From positions 2,250,001-2,282,000 of the forward strand of contig NC_017039.1 in assembly GCF_000284455.1 (NCBI RefSeq): 32,000 bases of DNA, written 5' to 3'. Source of the DNA: Synechocystis sp. PCC 6803 substr. PCC-P (GTDB lineage Bacteria; Cyanobacteriota; Cyanobacteriia; Cyanobacteriales; Microcystaceae). The position numbers and the translations under genes were made by a program. Position 1 is the first letter of the stretch, and every line of letters begins with the position of its first letter. The notes below the pieces were generated by a model that did no database searches, was not told where the DNA came from, and worked only from the letters and a program-made list of their open reading frames with translations. Shown here piece by piece: positions 28,998 to 32,000 of the stretch.

Positions 28998-29267
28998 ATG
29001 ACTGATAATCCGGAAAAAGACGCATTTCTGTATCCCAAAAGCAAATATTATGGGGATTTCAAACCGGAGAAGCTGGTTTTCAACGCAAATTTGCAAGAAT
29101 TTGCCCAAAAGGTGAGCGTTATTTGTAACCTAGAGACAGCGGGTAAAATCGAGACGATGGAAGCTTACGAGCGCATTAAGCAACTTTGGAAGAGTCTTAA
29201 GGAAAGCAAAAAGGAATTGGGCATTGGGGGAGACCCGTTTAAACCCACTGATCCCCCCAGCAGTTAA
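28998..29267 (+). CDS. Small conserved cyanobacterial protein of unknown function
   Basis: MTDNPEKDAFLYPKSKYYGDFKPEKLVFNANLQEFAQKVSVICNLETAGKIETMEAYERIKQLWKSLKESKKELG. It is compact, soluble and plausible. The upstream extension (28824-28997) looks non-coding; ATG 28965 is an alternative start. Confidence 0.7.
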   Translation: MTDNPEKDAFLYPKSKYYGDFKPEKLVFNANLQEFAQKVSVICNLETAGKIETMEAYERIKQLWKSLKESKKELGIGGDPFKPTDPPSS

Positions 29268-29334
29268 TTTTCCCTGTTACGGCCTAGTGTTCCTGACCCG
29301 GAAGAATTTGCTTTGCCCCTGTGTTTGATTTGCC

Positions 29335-31008
29335 GTGTTTAATTTTTTGACCGTTCTCCCCTCTCCTCCCAAGGTATTGCTTAATTTTTGGGTGCTGACC
29401 AGTTTGCTGATTGCCGTTTGGATTGCGGTGCCGGTAATTTTTGTTTTTCTAGGCATTTTTTCCTGGCAGGGGGAAATTTTCAGTCACCTCTGGGCAACGG
29501 TGCTGGGGGAATATATCCGTAACTCTTTAGCCCTGATGCTGGGGGTGGGAGCCGGAGTTTTCGTGTTAGGGGTGGGCACCGCTTGGCTTGTGACCATGTG
29601 TCGATTTCCGGGTTGCCGCTGGCTAGAATGGGCTTTATTGTTGCCCCTGTCCGCCCCGGCCTATTTGTTGGCCTACGGTTATAGCAATCTTTTGGACTTT
29701 TACGGCCCCGTACAGACCCTACTACGCTCCATCTTCGGTTGGCAATCCGCCCCTGAGTATTGGTTTCCCCAGATCCGTTCCCTTTGGGGGGCGATCGCCA
29801 TTTTGGCGTTGGTGTCCTATCCCTACGTTTACCTGTTGGCCCGCATTGCTTTTTTAGAACAGGGAGTTTGCACCTTAGAAGCTAGTCGTTCCCTGGGTTG
29901 TAATCCTTGGCAAAGTTTCAGTCGGGTGGCTTTACCCCTGGCTCGACCGGCGATCGCCGCTGGCTTGGCGTTGGTGATGATGGAGACTCTGAACGATTTT
30001 GGCACAGTGCAATATTTTGGCGTTAATACCTTCACCACAGGTATTTATTCCACCTGGTTCGGCTTTGGGGAAAGGCAAGGGGCCACCCAACTGGCCGCCT
30101 TTTTAATGATTTTTGTCTTCTTGTTAGTAGTACTGGAACGCTGGTCCCGCCGGCAAGCCAAGTTTTATCAATCTAGCAGTCCCCACCAAAATCTCCCCCG
30201 TTATCAACTCCGGGGCCTAAGGGCGATCGGGGCATTAGCTTTTTGTCTTTTTCCTTTCCTACTGGGCTTTTTAATTCCCGCCAGTTATCTTTTATATCTC
30301 ACCGTTTCCTATGCCCAGGAGGTCCGTAACAATAACTTCTTTCAACTGGCTTCCCACAGTTTAATTCTCTCCTTCCTCACCGCGGCGATCGCCTTAGTAA
30401 TTGGTTTAATCCTGGTTTATGGCCAAAGGTTGAGCCGTCAACCCCTCACTTCCTTTGCCGTCAAAGTTGCTTCCATGGGCTATGCCATCCCTGGTTCTGT
30501 CATTGCGGTGGGGGTGCTGATTCCAGCGGGCAACTTTGACAATTGGCTGGCTGATTGGTGGGAAAATATGTGGGGCGTAAAAATTGGTCTTCTGCTGAGT
30601 GGTACCATTGCCATCCTGGTCTACGCCTATCTGGTCAGGTTTTTGGCTGTGGCCCTGGGTTCCTTGGAAGGCAGTTTGGGCAAAATTAAACCCACTTTGG
30701 ACGATGCGGCCCGTAGTTTGGGCAAAAGCCCCAGCCAAATTCTCTGGCAAGTACACACTCCCCTCATGACCGGCGGTCTGCTCACCGCTGTGATGTTAGT
30801 ATTCGTGGATGTCATGAAGGAATTGCCCGCTACCTTGGTAATTCGCCCCTTTAACTTTGACACCCTCGCCATCCGAGTTTACCAATATGCCTCCGATGAA
30901 AGACTGATTGAAGCCGCTGCTCCAGCCCTGACCATTATTCTGGCGGGGATGTTGCCGGTGATTTTCCTGAGCGTGCAAATTGCCCGTTCTCGCCCCAGCG
31001 AAGGATAA
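29335..31008 (+). CDS. futB: Iron(III) ABC transporter permease (FutB-like)
   Basis: 557 aa. GTG start; many transmembrane segments; two permease halves each with an EAA-like loop (TLEASRSLGCNPWQSFSRVALPLARPAIAAG; LDDAARSLGKSPSQILWQVHTPLM); KELPATLVIRPFNFDTLAIRVYQYA is typical of FbpB/FutB. Confidence 0.9.
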   Translation: MFNFLTVLPSPPKVLLNFWVLTSLLIAVWIAVPVIFVFLGIFSWQGEIFSHLWATVLGEYIRNSLALMLGVGAGVFVLGVGTAWLVTMCRFPGCRWLEWALLLPLSAPAYLLAYGYSNLLDFYGPVQTLLRSIFGWQSAPEYWFPQIRSLWGAIAILALVSYPYVYLLARIAFLEQGVCTLEASRSLGCNPWQSFSRVALPLARPAIAAGLALVMMETLNDFGTVQYFGVNTFTTGIYSTWFGFGERQGATQLAAFLMIFVFLLVVLERWSRRQAKFYQSSSPHQNLPRYQLRGLRAIGALAFCLFPFLLGFLIPASYLLYLTVSYAQEVRNNNFFQLASHSLILSFLTAAIALVIGLILVYGQRLSRQPLTSFAVKVASMGYAIPGSVIAVGVLIPAGNFDNWLADWWENMWGVKIGLLLSGTIAILVYAYLVRFLAVALGSLEGSLGKIKPTLDDAARSLGKSPSQILWQVHTPLMTGGLLTAVMLVFVDVMKELPATLVIRPFNFDTLAIRVYQYASDERLIEAAAPALTIILAGMLPVIFLSVQIARSRPSEG

Positions 31009-31057
31009 ATTTGCCGGATAATCCGTTCAAAATCCGTTTGATTTCGACCTTTTGCCC

Positions 31058-31531
31058 ATGAAATTGTTATTTGTTTGTTTAGGTAACATTTGTCGATCGC
31101 CAGCGGCGGAAAATATCATGAACGCCCAGATTGACCAAGCAGGCTTGGGGGCAAAAATTGTTTGCGACTCTGCCGGTACTTCCAGCTACCATGTGGGAGA
31201 TTCCCCCGATCGCCGCATGACAGAAAGCTTGAAAAAACGGGGTTATCGGGTGCAGGGAAGAGCTAGACAGTTTTTTCCCGAAGATTTTGCAGAATTTGAC
31301 TTAATTCTAGCTATGGACGGGGATAATTACCGCAATATTCTAGCCCAGGATCCAGCAGGGCAATATCACCATAAAGTAAAAATGATCTGCGATTACACCG
31401 AAAAATTTGGCGATCGGGAAGTTCCCGACCCCTATTATGGCGGGCAGGCTGGTTTTGAGCATGTGATTGATTTGCTAGAAGATGCCTGCGGTAATTTGCT
31501 CACTAGCTTGGGCAAGGAATTGGTTAATTAG
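31058..31531 (+). CDS. Low-molecular-weight protein tyrosine phosphatase
   Basis: 157 aa from ATG 31058. P-loop VCLGNICRSPAAE and acid motif VPDPYYGG. Confidence 0.95.
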   Translation: MKLLFVCLGNICRSPAAENIMNAQIDQAGLGAKIVCDSAGTSSYHVGDSPDRRMTESLKKRGYRVQGRARQFFPEDFAEFDLILAMDGDNYRNILAQDPAGQYHHKVKMICDYTEKFGDREVPDPYYGGQAGFEHVIDLLEDACGNLLTSLGKELVN

Positions 31532-31682
31532 CAAGCGGTTGTTGAACCAAAGGGTTCTTTTTACCTGTGTTTAACAGTTGGAGGAGTATGGGTGAGGCCC
31601 ATTGTGGTGTTGCCAGCCCGTGCTGGTATGGCTCCCCTGGGGGGTAGAATTAGCAAGATTTTCCCAATTTTCCCTTAATGGC

Positions 31683-32000
31683 ATGAGTTCTCCCTCTTCC
31701 ATACATCGTGAAGTCATCGGCATTGACATTGGTGGTTCTTCCATTAAGTTTGGCCGGTTCCTGAGCAATGGAGATTGCACCGAGTCCTTGGTTTTGCCCA
31801 CCCCCCAACCGGCTTTACCCAAGGCAGTTTATGCTCAGTTGGCCCATGGTATTGACCTGTTGAAAAATTCAGCTTGTGTGGCGATCGGTGTTGGGATGCC
31901 GGGACCAGCGGACGCAGCAGGACGGGTGGCCCAGTTGGCAATTAATTTGCCCCAGTGGCACGACATTCCTTTGGCGGATTGGTTGGAAGACCATGGACAG
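31683..32000 (+). CDS. ROK-family glucokinase, 5' portion; runs off the right edge
   Basis: Manual translation from ATG 31683 stays open for 106 codons to the end: MSSPSSIHREVIGIDIGGSSIKFGRFLSNGDCTESLVLPTPQPALPKAVYAQLAHGIDLLKNSACVAIGVGMPGPADAAGRVAQLAINLPQWHDIPLADWLEDHGQ. DIGGSSIKFG is the ROK phosphate motif. Confidence 0.9.
   Translation, partial: MSSPSSIHREVIGIDIGGSSIKFGRFLSNGDCTESLVLPTPQPALPKAVYAQLAHGIDLLKNSACVAIGVGMPGPADAAGRVAQLAINLPQWHDIPLADWLEDHGQ

Noticed and set aside
1-32000. CRISPR array, toxin-antitoxin pair, restriction-modification or other defence system, or retroelement
   Set aside because: I read through for regularly spaced repeats, short paired ORFs and hallmark motifs and found none. 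Nearly all space is occupied by recognisable core genes.

Overview
This 32 kb window reads as ordinary, gene-dense chromosome from a unicellular cyanobacterium. It carries many HIP1 (GCGATCGC) sites, and its gene content and order strongly resemble Synechocystis sp. PCC 6803; that identification is from memory, not a search. From left to right I see: the 5' part of an E2 dihydrolipoamide acyltransferase (-), a DUF3318-like membrane protein, copper P-type ATPase ctaA, an FHA protein, a YebC-family regulator, a cyanobacterial-type glutamate-cysteine ligase, a TrmL-family tRNA methyltransferase, a large LysM/M23 envelope protein, lrtA/hpf (-), lipB, a small membrane protein (-), tRNA-Lys(UUU) (-), glgA (-), a DUF1830-like protein (-), a B12/radical-SAM protein, a group 2 sigma factor resembling sigB (-), era, a CheA-like PilL-C/Hik43 hybrid kinase with two receiver domains, a GH38 alpha-mannosidase, an OppC/DppC-like permease, a MEKHLA/PAS-like protein, a pentapeptide-repeat protein (-), riboflavin synthase (-), a small conserved protein, an iron ABC permease (futB-like), a low-molecular-weight tyrosine phosphatase, and the start of a ROK-family glucokinase that the ORF track omits. 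I found no CRISPR array, prophage, intact transposon, toxin-antitoxin pair or obvious defence island, and I do not claim a new system. The most useful second looks are: the CheA-like kinase with no visible HPt domain, tightly coupled to an alpha-mannosidase and a peptide-type permease; a MITE-like ~125 bp element with a perfect 18 bp palindrome next to the riboflavin synthase gene; a structured leader on lrtA; and a likely wrong start codon in the longest ORF of the sigma factor.
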